Under the pieces are notes generated by a model that saw only the letters and a program-made list of their open reading frames with translations, was not told where the DNA came from and searched no databases. From NCBI GenBank assembly GCA_963711835.1, contig CAVQFQ010000021.1, positions 224,001 to 288,000 on the forward strand: a stretch of 64,000 nt of DNA, read 5' to 3'. The stretch comes from an uncultured delta proteobacterium. Lineage in GTDB: Bacteria > Desulfobacterota > RBG-13-43-22. Position numbers and translations under genes: made by a program. Positions 1-9,000 of this stretch are shown in pieces; within the stretch, counting starts at the first letter, position 1, and every line of letters begins with the position of its first letter.

Positions 1-84
1 GACCCTCGTTTCCAAGACAAAAAATCCTCTCTTTCCCTTGAGGAATGGGAGGATTTGTGGAACCGCTCCAAGGAGGAAGGGTAA
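1..84 (+). CDS. 3' end of a gene entering the window, possibly MazG-family pyrophosphohydrolase
   Basis: Frame 1 reads DPRFQDKKSSLSLEEWEDLWNRSKEEG*; SLEExxxLWxxxK resembles the MazG C-terminus. Partial only. Confidence 0.4.
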   Translation, partial: DPRFQDKKSSLSLEEWEDLWNRSKEEG

Positions 85-179
85 GAATTTTAAATCCACC
101 AGATGAAAAGGTTGCTCAGTAAAGAGTCTGAAGGAAGAAAAAGTTCTTTCTAAATAACCCGTTGCACCACCAAAGACTC

Positions 180-380
180 TCAGGGGTTGGTGTTGCCTTT
201 ATCCTTCTCGATTTCCTTGGGGGAAGGGGGATTTTCATCTTCCTGGCCGCTGACGCTGCTCTTGAATTCCCGGATGCTTTTCCCCAGGCCCTTCCCGATT
301 TCGGGCAGTTTTTTGGCCCCGAAAATAAACAGGGCGATACCCAGAATAATAATTAATTCTTGTGTTCCAAGACCAAACAT
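180..380 (-). CDS. tatA: Twin-arginine translocase TatA/TatE subunit
   Basis: MFGLGTQELIIILGIALFIFGAKKLPEIGKGLGKSIREFK is the TatA TM helix, FG hinge and amphipathic helix. Confidence 0.95.
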   Translation of the reverse strand: MFGLGTQELIIILGIALFIFGAKKLPEIGKGLGKSIREFKSSVSGQEDENPPSPKEIEKDKGNTNP

Positions 381-422
381 GGCGTTTCCTTACGGCAAGA
401 GGTTAACAGCAGTCTTCTATTT

Positions 423-599
423 TTAGTGTTGGGGATTTTCAAGGTCCTTTTTCGTCCGCAGGGATACCACCGTTAAGGTTACCCCCAGAACAACCAGGAC
501 CAGGTAGGCCAGGCCGAGGAAAAAAGCATGGCCTAAATCCCAGGGTACCTCCCAGGGGATTATGCTCCAAATGCTGTGGGTGCTGAATGATCCGGTCAT
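423..599 (-). CDS. Small single-TM membrane protein, 58 aa (absent from the ORF track)
   Basis: Hand translation: MTGSFSTHSIWSIIPWEVPWDLGHAFFLGLAYLVLVVLGVTLTVVSLRTKKDLENPQH*; AGGAGG RBS upstream; same strand as tatA. Confidence 0.75.
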   Translation of the reverse strand: MTGSFSTHSIWSIIPWEVPWDLGHAFFLGLAYLVLVVLGVTLTVVSLRTKKDLENPQH

Positions 600-632
600 G
601 GACCCCTCCTCATCGCTGTTGATATGAGAGTA

Positions 633-697
633 TTTTTAACAGAAATTTACGGTCCTGTCAACTTTTTCTTGACAGAATTTCCGGGTTTGATTATATG
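633..697. promoter_or_regulatory. Back-to-back sigma70-type promoters (small protein/tatA and cytochrome c3)
   Basis: TGTCAA(656-661)-N7-TTGACA(669-674); + strand TTGACA-17-TATATG; - strand TTGACA-17-TAAAAA. Confidence 0.5.
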
Positions 698-794
698 AGG
701 TACATTCGAGGGAATATCCGTTAGTCCCTTGTCCCTCGATTCACCTTTACCTAAGGATAATTAACGAGAAATTAAAGAGTTAAGGAGAAGGGAG

Positions 795-1238
795 GTGAAG
801 AGAAGAATGAAAAAAAGCTTGGCTATTTTATCGATTTTAACGGCTTTTGTTTTTTCCTTGGGCATGATGGCCTGGGTCTATGCCGCCGATCAGAAGGCTG
901 CCGACAGCTTTAAGATTGACAACGATAAAGCCCTTTTTAAGGACGGTAAGCGCACCAAACCGGCGGTGGAATATTCCCATAAGAAGCATGAAGTTGATTA
1001 TAAAATTGCCTGCACCGAATGCCACCATGTCTATAAGGATGGGAAAAACACCTGGAAAAAGACCGACAAAGTCCAGAAATGCAGCGAGTGCCACAAGGTT
1101 GCCGACCAGGGCAAAACCTTGAGCTTACAGAACTCTTTCCACAAGAACTGCAAGGACTGCCACACCAAGATGAAGACCGAAGGCAAGAAAACCGGGCCCA
1201 CCCTCTGCGCCCAGTGCCATCCGGTTGAGAAAAAGTAA
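795..1238 (+). CDS. Periplasmic tetraheme cytochrome c3 (class III)
   Basis: Signal peptide; four CxxCH motifs (CTECH, CSECH, CKDCH, CAQCH); distal His in YSHKKH and SFHKNC; Lys-rich. Confidence 0.93.
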   Translation: MKRRMKKSLAILSILTAFVFSLGMMAWVYAADQKAADSFKIDNDKALFKDGKRTKPAVEYSHKKHEVDYKIACTECHHVYKDGKNTWKKTDKVQKCSECHKVADQGKTLSLQNSFHKNCKDCHTKMKTEGKKTGPTLCAQCHPVEKK

Positions 1239-1250
1239 CCGAGGATAGTT

Positions 1251-1306
1251 AAGAGAATAAAAAAGGCCTATTTGGCGCAATCCAAATAGGCCTTTTTTAT
1301 TCTCTT
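1251..1306. terminator. Bidirectional intrinsic terminator
   Basis: Perfect 25-bp inverted repeat (1251-1275/1282-1306) with A- and T-runs between convergent genes. Confidence 0.85.
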
Positions 1307-1411
1307 CCCGTTATAGGTGGTAAGAATAGCCCCTTAAACAATCATTCCCAGAAGGTTCTTCCCCTCGTCCGATTCGAGGTGGGATCTGGATATCGGGTTT
1401 GAGGATAGATC

Positions 1412-1597
1412 TTAAACTTCTTTTACGGTTATGGCCCCGGCCTCGCAGACCTCGATGCAGCTTTCACAGCCCAAACACTCATCCCCCCGGATGGGAACGG
1501 CCTTGCCGTCTTGGAGTTCATAGACATCAACGGGACAAACTTCAACACATTCTTCGTCGCCCACACATTTGTCGGGATCAACCTCTACCTGAAACAT
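1412..1597 (-). CDS. Dicluster ferredoxin, Desulfovibrio africanus Fd III type (Cys-x2-Asp-x2-Cys)
   Basis: CVGDEECVEVCP and CLGCESCIEVCE; Asp replaces the second Cys of cluster 1. Confidence 0.92.
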   Translation of the reverse strand: MFQVEVDPDKCVGDEECVEVCPVDVYELQDGKAVPIRGDECLGCESCIEVCEAGAITVKEV

Positions 1598-1783
1598 AAA
1601 TTCATCTCTTCCTTCATTATAGGGTTTTAACTATGGGTTAGACCATCTGGTGGAGAACTATAAGCTATTGTCAAAAAAAGTGTCAAGCAAAAATGCCGGC
1701 CGACCTCCCCGGCCTCTCTTAATCGAAGAATCCGGGATCATAGGCCGCCGGGTCCGAATAGGACCGTTCCTTAACACATTGTT

Positions 1784-2085
1784 ATCGTTCAAAAGTTGTG
1801 GCATTATATTTGTGATACCCGATGGAAAGGGACCGGGGGTCTTGATTTCAAGGATTGTCCGCCGAAACGCCGGCAGCCTGACCCCGGGCAGGAAGTTTAT
1901 AATGGGGTTAAGAAACAGGCCAACACCAAAGCGATTTATCGGCTTGGGTGAATGCCCGGCTATTAACCAACTTAGAAATTCGGGCCGGGTTGGGGCTACG
2001 GATACCCTTTCGGGCAACCTTGGAATCAAGACCCCCGGTCCCCAAGTCAGTCAATAATACGCCAGTGCCATAACTTTTGAACGTT
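1784..2085 (+). mobile_element. Nested-IR MITE-like element, copy 1 (end type A)
   Basis: Outer IR cgttcaaaagttgtggca (1786-1803)/tgccataacttttgaacg (2066-2083); inner IR 1829-1861/2011-2042; core shared with 22882, 36788, 39801 and 40291. Confidence 0.85.
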
Positions 2086-2854
2086 ACCAAAACACTACTT
2101 GGGCTAAAGGGGCCGCTTCCAGTCCGGATTCTTGTAAGGCCTCTCTGATGGCCTTAGCCAGTTTCCAGGCCCCCGGCGTATCCCCATGGATACAAAAGGT
2201 ATCGGCTTTAAGGCTGATTTCCCGCCCCTCGATGGTTATTAGCCTGCCTGTTTTAAGAATACGGACGACCCTTTCTTTTACCTGTTCCACATCATGGATC
2301 AAGGCTCCGGCCATCGAGCGGGGCGCCAGCCGGCCATCATTTAAATAAGCCCGGTCCGGGAAGGCTTCCTGGGCTATCCTAACCCCGGAAGAGGCGGCCA
2401 TTTGGGCGCCCGGAGATCCGGAAAGCATCACCAGGATCAGCTCCGGATTAAAAATTCTGACCGCTTCAATCACTTCCCGGGCCGTTTTTTCATCCCGGGC
2501 CGCCAGATTATAAAGAGCCCCATGGGGTTTGACATGCTGCAAGATCATCCCGGAAGCCTTTGCGAAAGCATCCAGGGCCCCTATCTGGTATAAAAGGTAA
2601 TTTTTTACTTCACCGGGAAAGGTTTCCAGGTTCCGGCGTCCGTATCCGCAAAGATCCGGATAGCCGGGATGGGCACCCACGGCCACTCCGTGTTCCTTGG
2701 CCAGCTGAACCGTTTTGGCCATGATCATGGGATCACCGGCATGAAAGCCGCAGGCGATGTTGGCTGAGGTGACATACTCGATAATCTTCTCGTCCTCCCC
2801 GATCCGGTAAGAGCCGAAACTCTCTCCCATATCGCAATTGATATCTATCTTCAT
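2084..2854 (-). CDS. pxpA: 5-oxoprolinase subunit A (LamB/YcsF family)
   Basis: IDINCDMGESFG, ANIACGFHAGDP, GAHPGYPD, HVKPHGALYN, CIHGDTPGA. Confidence 0.93.
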   Translation of the reverse strand: MKIDINCDMGESFGSYRIGEDEKIIEYVTSANIACGFHAGDPMIMAKTVQLAKEHGVAVGAHPGYPDLCGYGRRNLETFPGEVKNYLLYQIGALDAFAKASGMILQHVKPHGALYNLAARDEKTAREVIEAVRIFNPELILVMLSGSPGAQMAASSGVRIAQEAFPDRAYLNDGRLAPRSMAGALIHDVEQVKERVVRILKTGRLITIEGREISLKADTFCIHGDTPGAWKLAKAIREALQESGLEAAPLAQVVFW

Positions 2855-2889
2855 CTCAGAACCCTCTTTAGATCGCGAAAGCGATTGCT

Positions 2890-3020
2890 GGTTTTGCCCG
2901 GAGAATAGCCTGCCCCGTAGGTATTAATACGGTGTCCTCCGGGCAAAAATAATGGTCCTCCGACGCCTGCCCCGCAAACGCAACTGACCGGGGTCCGTGT
3001 GGGTCGGTGGCAAAAAAATT
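2890..3020. repeat. Intergenic structured repeat
   Basis: Inverted repeat ttttgcccggag/ctccgggcaaaa and a duplicated gcctgccccg between pxpA and DUF169. Confidence 0.45.
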
Positions 3021-3026
3021 TAGTTA

Positions 3027-3860
3027 TTATTCCTCTCCCCAAACCCTTCGACTGCGAATTATTTTCTTTTTTACCGTGGCCCAGGTTTTGGTGTTCAAGA
3101 AGGATTCCGGCCAGCGATTTATCATACGCTCGAACATCTCGAAGGGAACGGCAAAGGTGAGTTCGTCGGCCTTGAGAAATTTACGGTCCGAGGGGTCCCA
3201 GCCGCCCAGGACGGCCTTCAGTTTCCCCTGGGAAAGATAGCGCAACGGCCAGGTCACAATATTGGAGCATCCCGCCCCGAAAGGGGAAGAAACGGCCTCA
3301 AAGTCATTGGTTACGAAGGTGGCCAATTGGTTCAGCCCGCAGAGAATTTCACCCCGGGCAAAAAAGATCACTACCTCGGGCTGTTCATCCGGACTGAACC
3401 GGCTAATCCCCTTGAAGACACAATAGCGTTTCGGGGCCGGCCGTGGATCGATGGTCTCAAAGAATCGGCGGGTCACTTCAGCCGACTCCAGGTAGTGCTC
3501 CCCTTCCACCTGGTTGGGGATACCCGTTGAAACATAGTAGGTGATAAATTCCAACTGGGGTTTTAAAAAACCAAGATAAAAAGCCCCGCCCAGACAACCA
3601 AAGCGCTCCCGGTCAAAGGTTGCCGCCTGTTTCATCCGCCGGGCCCGCCAGATGTTCCCGATAACGCATGAGAATTGACCGAAGAGTTCTCCCCAGTTCA
3701 CCTCCCCCCGTGCTTCGGCCTCCGCCGTAGGCAACGATCCGGCCTTTGGTGAAAAGCCTCCCTGAGGGGCCTGGTCGGTATAGAACATACCAAACGGTTC
3801 TTCCGTTAATCCCAGGACTTCCAAAAAGCCGCTCAGACCTTCCTTAATCTTTTCTTCCAT
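3027..3860 (-). CDS. DUF169 family protein
   Basis: SCVIG...FGCLGG..YLGF, PEVVIFF, PFGAGCS, LGGWDPSDRKFLKADELTFAVP. Confidence 0.8.
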   Translation of the reverse strand: MEEKIKEGLSGFLEVLGLTEEPFGMFYTDQAPQGGFSPKAGSLPTAEAEARGEVNWGELFGQFSCVIGNIWRARRMKQAATFDRERFGCLGGAFYLGFLKPQLEFITYYVSTGIPNQVEGEHYLESAEVTRRFFETIDPRPAPKRYCVFKGISRFSPDEQPEVVIFFARGEILCGLNQLATFVTNDFEAVSSPFGAGCSNIVTWPLRYLSQGKLKAVLGGWDPSDRKFLKADELTFAVPFEMFERMINRWPESFLNTKTWATVKKKIIRSRRVWGEE

Positions 3861-3914
3861 AACTAGTCCTTTCTTCTTTGGATCCCCGGTTATTCCTGAG
3901 TTGGTTTTTTAAGG

Positions 3915-3954
3915 TCACTCGGTTTTCTTCCACCTGTAGAAGAAAACCGAGTGA
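3915..3954. repeat. Perfect 16-bp hairpin between divergent genes
   Basis: tcactcggttttcttc-cacctgta-gaagaaaaccgagtga. Confidence 0.7.
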
Positions 3955-4012
3955 ACCAAAATTTAGAATAGACCGGGGGAGAAGTCAATCTATTGCGGCA
4001 GTTTCTTTTTAT

Positions 4013-4041
4013 TTGACTTCCCCAAAGCAGGTTTTTAAGAT
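4013..4041 (+). promoter_or_regulatory. sigma70-type promoter
   Basis: TTGACT-17-TAAGAT ahead of GAGGG RBS and ATG 4064. Confidence 0.55.
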
Positions 4042-4063
4042 GGCAAAAAAGAGGGAATTATTA

Positions 4064-4993
4064 ATGTCGAACAGGACCCAACAAAAACTTATGTCCCTTT
4101 CAGAAGCAATCGCCCGTTTTGTATCCCCGGGGAAATCCATCACCTTAGGGACCTCTCTGGAAGGGTTGATCCCTTTTGCGGCCGGGCATGAAATAATTCG
4201 CCAGGGCCTTCAGGACCTGACCCTGATCGGGCCTATTTCCGATGTGCTTTTCGACCAGCTCATCGGAGGAGGCTGCGTCTCCAAAATCCGAGCCGCTTGG
4301 GTTGGGAATGTCGCCACCGGCATCGGCTACCACTTCCGAAGGGCTGTGGAGCAGAGTCTCCCCCACCCCATTGAAGTGGAAAACCATTCCAACTTCTCCA
4401 TTGCCCTGGGGCTTCATGCCGGGGCCTTGGACGTCCCCTATTTGCCCTGCCGCAGTCTCTTGGGATCCGACATCATTCGAGACAACCCTCATTTTAAGGA
4501 GTCCCTCTGTCCTTTCAGCGGCGAAAAATTGCTGCTGGTGCAGGCCCTTTGTCCTGATCTGGCCATCGTCCATGTTCAAAGGGCCGATCCCCAGGGGAAT
4601 GCCCATCTCTGGGGCAACATGGGCGTAACGGTTGATGCGGCCAAGGCCAGCCGGGAGGTGATCGTCATCGCCGAAGAAATCGTCGATCCCGAAGTGATTC
4701 GGAGCGATCCCAATCGCACCGTTATCCCCGGATTTATCGTCTCAGCCGTGGTCGAAGAGCCTTGGGGCGCCCACCCCTCGGCCGTCCAGGGGTACTATGG
4801 GCATGATGACCCGGTTTATGTGGACTATGCTCAGCAGACGCGGACCCTCGCCGGGAGCCGGGAATGGTACCAAAAATGGGTCTACGGTGTGATGGACCGG
4901 AAGGACTATTTAAAACTGATTCCGCAAAAGCAGTTAAAGGGTCTTCAGGTCAAAAAATCCGCCCCCGCGGCCTTTACTGAATTCGGGTATTAA
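4064..4993 (+). CDS. CoA-transferase alpha subunit (glutaconate/3-oxoadipate CoA-transferase family)
   Basis: KLMSLSEAIARFV, IPFAAGHEIIRQG, AGALDVPYLP, PDLAIVHVQRADPQGNA, PWGAHPS; start moved to the ATG with an RBS. Confidence 0.88.
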   Translation: MSNRTQQKLMSLSEAIARFVSPGKSITLGTSLEGLIPFAAGHEIIRQGLQDLTLIGPISDVLFDQLIGGGCVSKIRAAWVGNVATGIGYHFRRAVEQSLPHPIEVENHSNFSIALGLHAGALDVPYLPCRSLLGSDIIRDNPHFKESLCPFSGEKLLLVQALCPDLAIVHVQRADPQGNAHLWGNMGVTVDAAKASREVIVIAEEIVDPEVIRSDPNRTVIPGFIVSAVVEEPWGAHPSAVQGYYGHDDPVYVDYAQQTRTLAGSREWYQKWVYGVMDRKDYLKLIPQKQLKGLQVKKSAPAAFTEFGY

Positions 4994-4999
4994 GGAACT

Positions 5000-6373
5000 A
5001 TGAAAAAGGAAGTCTATAAAGCCCTGGAAAAGATCGTCGGTCCCCAGCACATCTCCGATCGGGATACCGACCTCCAGTGCTACAGTTACGATGCCACCCA
5101 GATCAGCGTTCGCCCGGAGGCGGTGATCTTTCCCGAAGGCGCCTCGGAAATCAGCCGGATCATGGTCCTGGCCAACCGGCATCGTTTTCCGGTTGTCCCC
5201 CGCGGCGCCGGCTCGGGTTTCAGCGGCGGTTCGGTGCCGATTCAAGGAGGATTGGTGCTTGTCCTGCTGCGTCTCAACCGGATAAAAAAAATCGATACCA
5301 GTAATTTCCTGGCGGTGGTCGAACCCGGGGTCATCACTAAAGATTTCCAGCAGGCGGTTGAGGCCCTAAGGCTTTTCTACCCGCCCGATCCCTCCTCGCT
5401 GGCTTTTTCCAGCCTGGGGGGCAATGTGGCCGAGTGCGCCGGCGGAGGCCGGGCCGTCAAATACGGGGTAACCAGGGATTATGTGCTCGGGCTGGAAGTA
5501 GTCTTGCCGACCGGTGAGATAATCAAGACCGGGGTCCGGACCGCCAAAGGTGTGGTGGGCTATGATCTGACGCGGTTGTTGATCGGCTCGGAAGGCACCC
5601 TGGGGGTGATCACTGAAATCACGGTTAAGCTCCTGCCCAAGCCTGAATCTACAAAAACCATCCTGGCCTTTTTTGACCGGCTGGCCCTGGCCACCCAGGC
5701 CGTAGTTGAACTCTTTCAATCCGGTGTCCTGCCCTCCATCCTCGAATTGATGGACCAGCCCTCCATCAAGGTCGTTGAGGAATATCTTCATCTCGGATTG
5801 CCCACCAAAGCCCAAGCGCTTCTTTTGATAGAGATAGACGGCCAAGAAGAATCCATTTCCAGCCAGGCCAAATCCATTCAACAAACCCTGGAACGACTGG
5901 AAGCCACAGGGTTCCGAATGGCCTCTTCGGCCCAAGAGGCGGATGAGTTGTGGAAAGCCCGCCGGGCCATCTCACCGGCCCTCTTTCGTCTCAAACCCAA
6001 CAAGATCAATGAAGACATCGTCGTGCCCCGGGATAAGATCCCGGAGGCCATTGAGCGGTTTCAAGAAATCGGTTCCCGTCTGGGATTGTTGATCGTCAGT
6101 TTCGGCCATGCCGGGGACGGCAACATCCATGTCAATGTCATGTACGACGCCGAAAATCCGGAGGAGGACGCCAAGGCCAAAACCGCTGTCGATGAAATCT
6201 TCAGGACGGTTATGGCCCTGGGTGGGACCCTCTCCGGTGAACACGGCGTCGGTTTGACCAAAGCGCCCTATCTTTCGATGGAATTGGATCCGGTTTCCAT
6301 AGCCCTGATGAAAAAGATCAAATCCCTCTTTGATCCCAACAATATATTGAATCCCGGCAAGATCTTCGTTTGA
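5000..6373 (+). CDS. glcD: FAD-linked 2-hydroxyacid dehydrogenase, GlcD family
   Basis: PRGAGSGFSGG, YPPDPSS, SLGGNVAECAGG, GSEGTLG, GHAGDGNIH, SGEHGVG, DPNNILNPGK. Confidence 0.85.
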   Translation: MKKEVYKALEKIVGPQHISDRDTDLQCYSYDATQISVRPEAVIFPEGASEISRIMVLANRHRFPVVPRGAGSGFSGGSVPIQGGLVLVLLRLNRIKKIDTSNFLAVVEPGVITKDFQQAVEALRLFYPPDPSSLAFSSLGGNVAECAGGGRAVKYGVTRDYVLGLEVVLPTGEIIKTGVRTAKGVVGYDLTRLLIGSEGTLGVITEITVKLLPKPESTKTILAFFDRLALATQAVVELFQSGVLPSILELMDQPSIKVVEEYLHLGLPTKAQALLLIEIDGQEESISSQAKSIQQTLERLEATGFRMASSAQEADELWKARRAISPALFRLKPNKINEDIVVPRDKIPEAIERFQEIGSRLGLLIVSFGHAGDGNIHVNVMYDAENPEEDAKAKTAVDEIFRTVMALGGTLSGEHGVGLTKAPYLSMELDPVSIALMKKIKSLFDPNNILNPGKIFV

Positions 6374-6430
6374 TATATCAGTCGGCCTTCGTGGCGGCCT
6401 TAGGGCCAGCAAAAGGAAGAGGTTAATGAT

Positions 6431-7363
6431 ATGATGAAAGTGGGAATTATCGGTGCCGGGACTATGGGGCCGGGCATTGCCCAATGCTTCGCCGTCAAAG
6501 GCTGGAAGGTGGCTCTTTACGACCTTAAGCCGGAAGCGCTTCAGACTGCCCTGTCCCGGATACATTCCAATCTGGAGGTCTTTATAGAAGCCGGCCTCCT
6601 GTTCCCGGAAGCAGCCGAAGCCGCCCTGAATCAAATCACCATGAAGGACGATCTTGCTTCCGCGGTTCAAGGGGCTGTCCTGGTCGTCGAGACGGTCAAT
6701 GAGGACCTGGATCTTAAACAGCGTCTCTTGGCCCAATTGGAGGAACTGGTCGCCTCGGATACTATTCTCTTGACCAACACCTCGGCCTTGAGCATTGGTT
6801 CCATCAGCCAAGGTTTAAAACACCCCGAACGGGTGATAGGCACCCATTTTTGGAACCCGCCGCAAATCCTGCCCTGTGTCGAGGTCATTAAGAGTCCTTA
6901 CACTTCAGACGAAGTGTTTAATAAGGTGGTTTCCCTGATGGCCGATCTGGGAAAAGAACCCATCCGGGTTCTCAAAGATGTGCCGGGCTTTGTCGGCAAC
7001 CGCATGCAGCATGTCCTGCAGCGGGAGGCCATGGATCTGGTGGATCAGGGGATTGCTTCGCCCGAAGATGTTGACCGGGTGGTCAAATTCGGCTTCGGTT
7101 TGAGACTGGCCTTGATGGGACCCCTGGAGCGGGCCGACCTGGGGGGCTTAGACATCACCTACCAGGTCCAGAAATATCTTCTGCCTTTTCTGTGTAATGA
7201 AACGCGGCCCTCACCCTTATTGACCCAGAAAGTGGCTGCCGGCCATCTGGGCGCAAAAACAGGCCAGGGCTATTTCCCCTGGCCGGAAGAAAAAAAAGAA
7301 CAGGCGGTCCGGGAAAGAGACCGCCTGCTGCTGAATCTTCTTCAACTCATAAAACAGCTGTAA
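6431..7363 (+). CDS. 3-hydroxyacyl-CoA dehydrogenase
   Basis: GIIGAGTMGPGIA, TNTSALSI, GTHFWNPP, PGFVGNR, MGPLERADLGGLD. Confidence 0.92.
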   Translation: MMKVGIIGAGTMGPGIAQCFAVKGWKVALYDLKPEALQTALSRIHSNLEVFIEAGLLFPEAAEAALNQITMKDDLASAVQGAVLVVETVNEDLDLKQRLLAQLEELVASDTILLTNTSALSIGSISQGLKHPERVIGTHFWNPPQILPCVEVIKSPYTSDEVFNKVVSLMADLGKEPIRVLKDVPGFVGNRMQHVLQREAMDLVDQGIASPEDVDRVVKFGFGLRLALMGPLERADLGGLDITYQVQKYLLPFLCNETRPSPLLTQKVAAGHLGAKTGQGYFPWPEEKKEQAVRERDRLLLNLLQLIKQL

Positions 7364-7402
7364 CCCCTTCTGCAAAAATGGAAGGACTTTTTCCCGGCTT
7401 CG

Positions 7403-7984
7403 TTACCGCAAACCGTCTTCGCCCTTAGCCTCTTCCTTTTTAAGCCCCCCCACCCGCGCATGGGGCCGGCCCCCGTCCGTGACGGCCACGGCCAGGACGA
7501 TCTCATCGGACTTGGGGGCATCGCCGATGGAAACCGTCAGGCCGTCGAAATGGGATCGGACAAAGGCCGCATCTTTATAGTGGACCGGGATATCAATAGT
7601 ATCTCCCATTTTTCCGATCTTTTTGACCGAGGGGATGATGGCCTTGCCGCCGCCCACGGCATTCCTTAAGGGTGTGCCCAATTTGGGATGGAGCAGGGCG
7701 GCGGCATGTTCCAGTTCACCTTTTTCCCCGACTATGGCGGCCTTGCCGTAGCTTTCCGGCTTCCGGTCTTTTCCCAGGGCCTCGACCGCCTTCTCGGACA
7801 AAATCCGGCCGATCTCTTCGCTAAAGTCTATTAGAGGATTCAGGTCCTCCTGGTACCTCCCGGCATAAGGATTCTTCAAGACCGCCAAGGCCGCCACCTT
7901 CCTTATCGGTTTTAAAGCCTTTTTTCCGCCGTCTGAAAATATTTCCTCAATGATGGTAACGAGTTTCCTGATTTCAATTTCCAT
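7403..7984 (-). CDS. 'Amino acid synthesis' family protein (DUF1185/AA_synth)
   Basis: KNPYAGRY, ESYGKAAIVGEKGELEHAAALLH, HYKDAAFVRSHFD, GGRPHARVGG. Confidence 0.88.
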   Translation of the reverse strand: MEIEIRKLVTIIEEIFSDGGKKALKPIRKVAALAVLKNPYAGRYQEDLNPLIDFSEEIGRILSEKAVEALGKDRKPESYGKAAIVGEKGELEHAAALLHPKLGTPLRNAVGGGKAIIPSVKKIGKMGDTIDIPVHYKDAAFVRSHFDGLTVSIGDAPKSDEIVLAVAVTDGGRPHARVGGLKKEEAKGEDGLR

Positions 7985-8822
7985 GATCCACCTCCAACTG
8001 TATGGTTTTACTATGGTGTAGAGTGGAGACGATTATCCCTTTAAGAATGATTACGGCTTCGCTGATAGCGCCTTCCAGCTTCAGCCTTGAGGCCGCTTGC
8101 AGACCCTCCTCCAGGGCGGCTTGGACCTGTTCGTCTTTCAACTCCCCAACCTGAACCGTTACCAGCTCATCGGGAATGTCGGTCCGGGGGTCCAGATTTT
8201 CAGCCCTCTGACGTATAATTCCCGGGGCCTTCACATTGGTCCGATTGCAGATAAAAGTGGCGGCCGCATCGGCCAGAGCCGACTTTTCCGCTATAACCGT
8301 TCCCATTTCTGCAATCCCCAGGGTAAAGCTTCTCCCGCCAAATCCGCTGGTAGCCACTCCGAACTCTTTTAAAGCCCCGATCCGAAGGGTATAAGGCAAC
8401 CCTCGACCCAATTGGATATCTCCCAGTCCGATTCGCAGCGTTCTTCTTCTTTCATTCCAGATGGATATGTCGCCGCCATTATTTACCGAAACATAATCCA
8501 AACCCTGCTCCTTGAGATCGGCGACCAGTCGATCGGCCACCGCACCGGCCACAGCCGCCATAGGCGTCAAGGAGCCTTCATCGACCCTCTTGACGGCCTC
8601 AACCATATTTCGCCCGACGGCAGGCAGATGATCCATCTTTTTAATTTTGTATGCCTTTTGCCTGAGGATTGGCAGGCAGTCCCTGATTTCCTCCAAAATA
8701 CTTCGTATCTTCTGTTCCAGGTCATCCCGGGAAAACTCGAAAGGGATCCCCTCTCTTTCCCCGGTGACAACAACGCTGACCGGACCAACTTCAACAAAAA
8801 ACCATAGTGGTACTAGCGGCAT
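7974..8822 (-). CDS. UPF0280 / ApbE-like protein
   Basis: TPMAAVAGAVAD, VNNGGDI, GVATSGFGGRSFTLGIA, ADAAAT. Confidence 0.88.
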   Translation of the reverse strand: MPLVPLWFFVEVGPVSVVVTGEREGIPFEFSRDDLEQKIRSILEEIRDCLPILRQKAYKIKKMDHLPAVGRNMVEAVKRVDEGSLTPMAAVAGAVADRLVADLKEQGLDYVSVNNGGDISIWNERRRTLRIGLGDIQLGRGLPYTLRIGALKEFGVATSGFGGRSFTLGIAEMGTVIAEKSALADAAATFICNRTNVKAPGIIRQRAENLDPRTDIPDELVTVQVGELKDEQVQAALEEGLQAASRLKLEGAISEAVIILKGIIVSTLHHSKTIQLEVDHGN

Positions 8823-8829
8823 AGCTGCA

Positions 8830-8950
8830 AAAAATCCGAAATATCGAACTCCGAATTTCGAAAAAATTCAATGCCAAGACACGAAGTCAATATCATTGTT
8901 TCGAGTTTTAATTGGCAATTGAACTGTTTCGAAATTCGAATCGGATTCCA
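8830..8950. repeat. Degenerate heptamer-periodic intergenic repeat
   Basis: aaatccgaaatatcgaactccgaatttcgaaa ... tttcgaaattcgaatcggatt; related to 10586-10703. Confidence 0.6.
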
Positions 8951-9000
8951 ATTATGCTCTGTCCACTCTAAAGCGGCTTTACAACACTATCTCACACCCA

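Noticed and set aside
1650-2090. ORFs 1650..2057, 1658..2029, 1908..2090 and counterparts at 23017-23223 and 40340-40613
   Set aside because: They overlap the nested-IR elements; sister copies have frame-breaking indels and different starts and stops, so coding is unlikely.
3878-4063. N-terminal extensions in the ORF track (also 11851-11916, 23894-24031, 30713-30898, 37860-37931, 58394-58459)
   Set aside because: Downstream ATGs have an RBS or translational coupling and match the family N-termini; the extensions cross promoters, hairpins or other genes.
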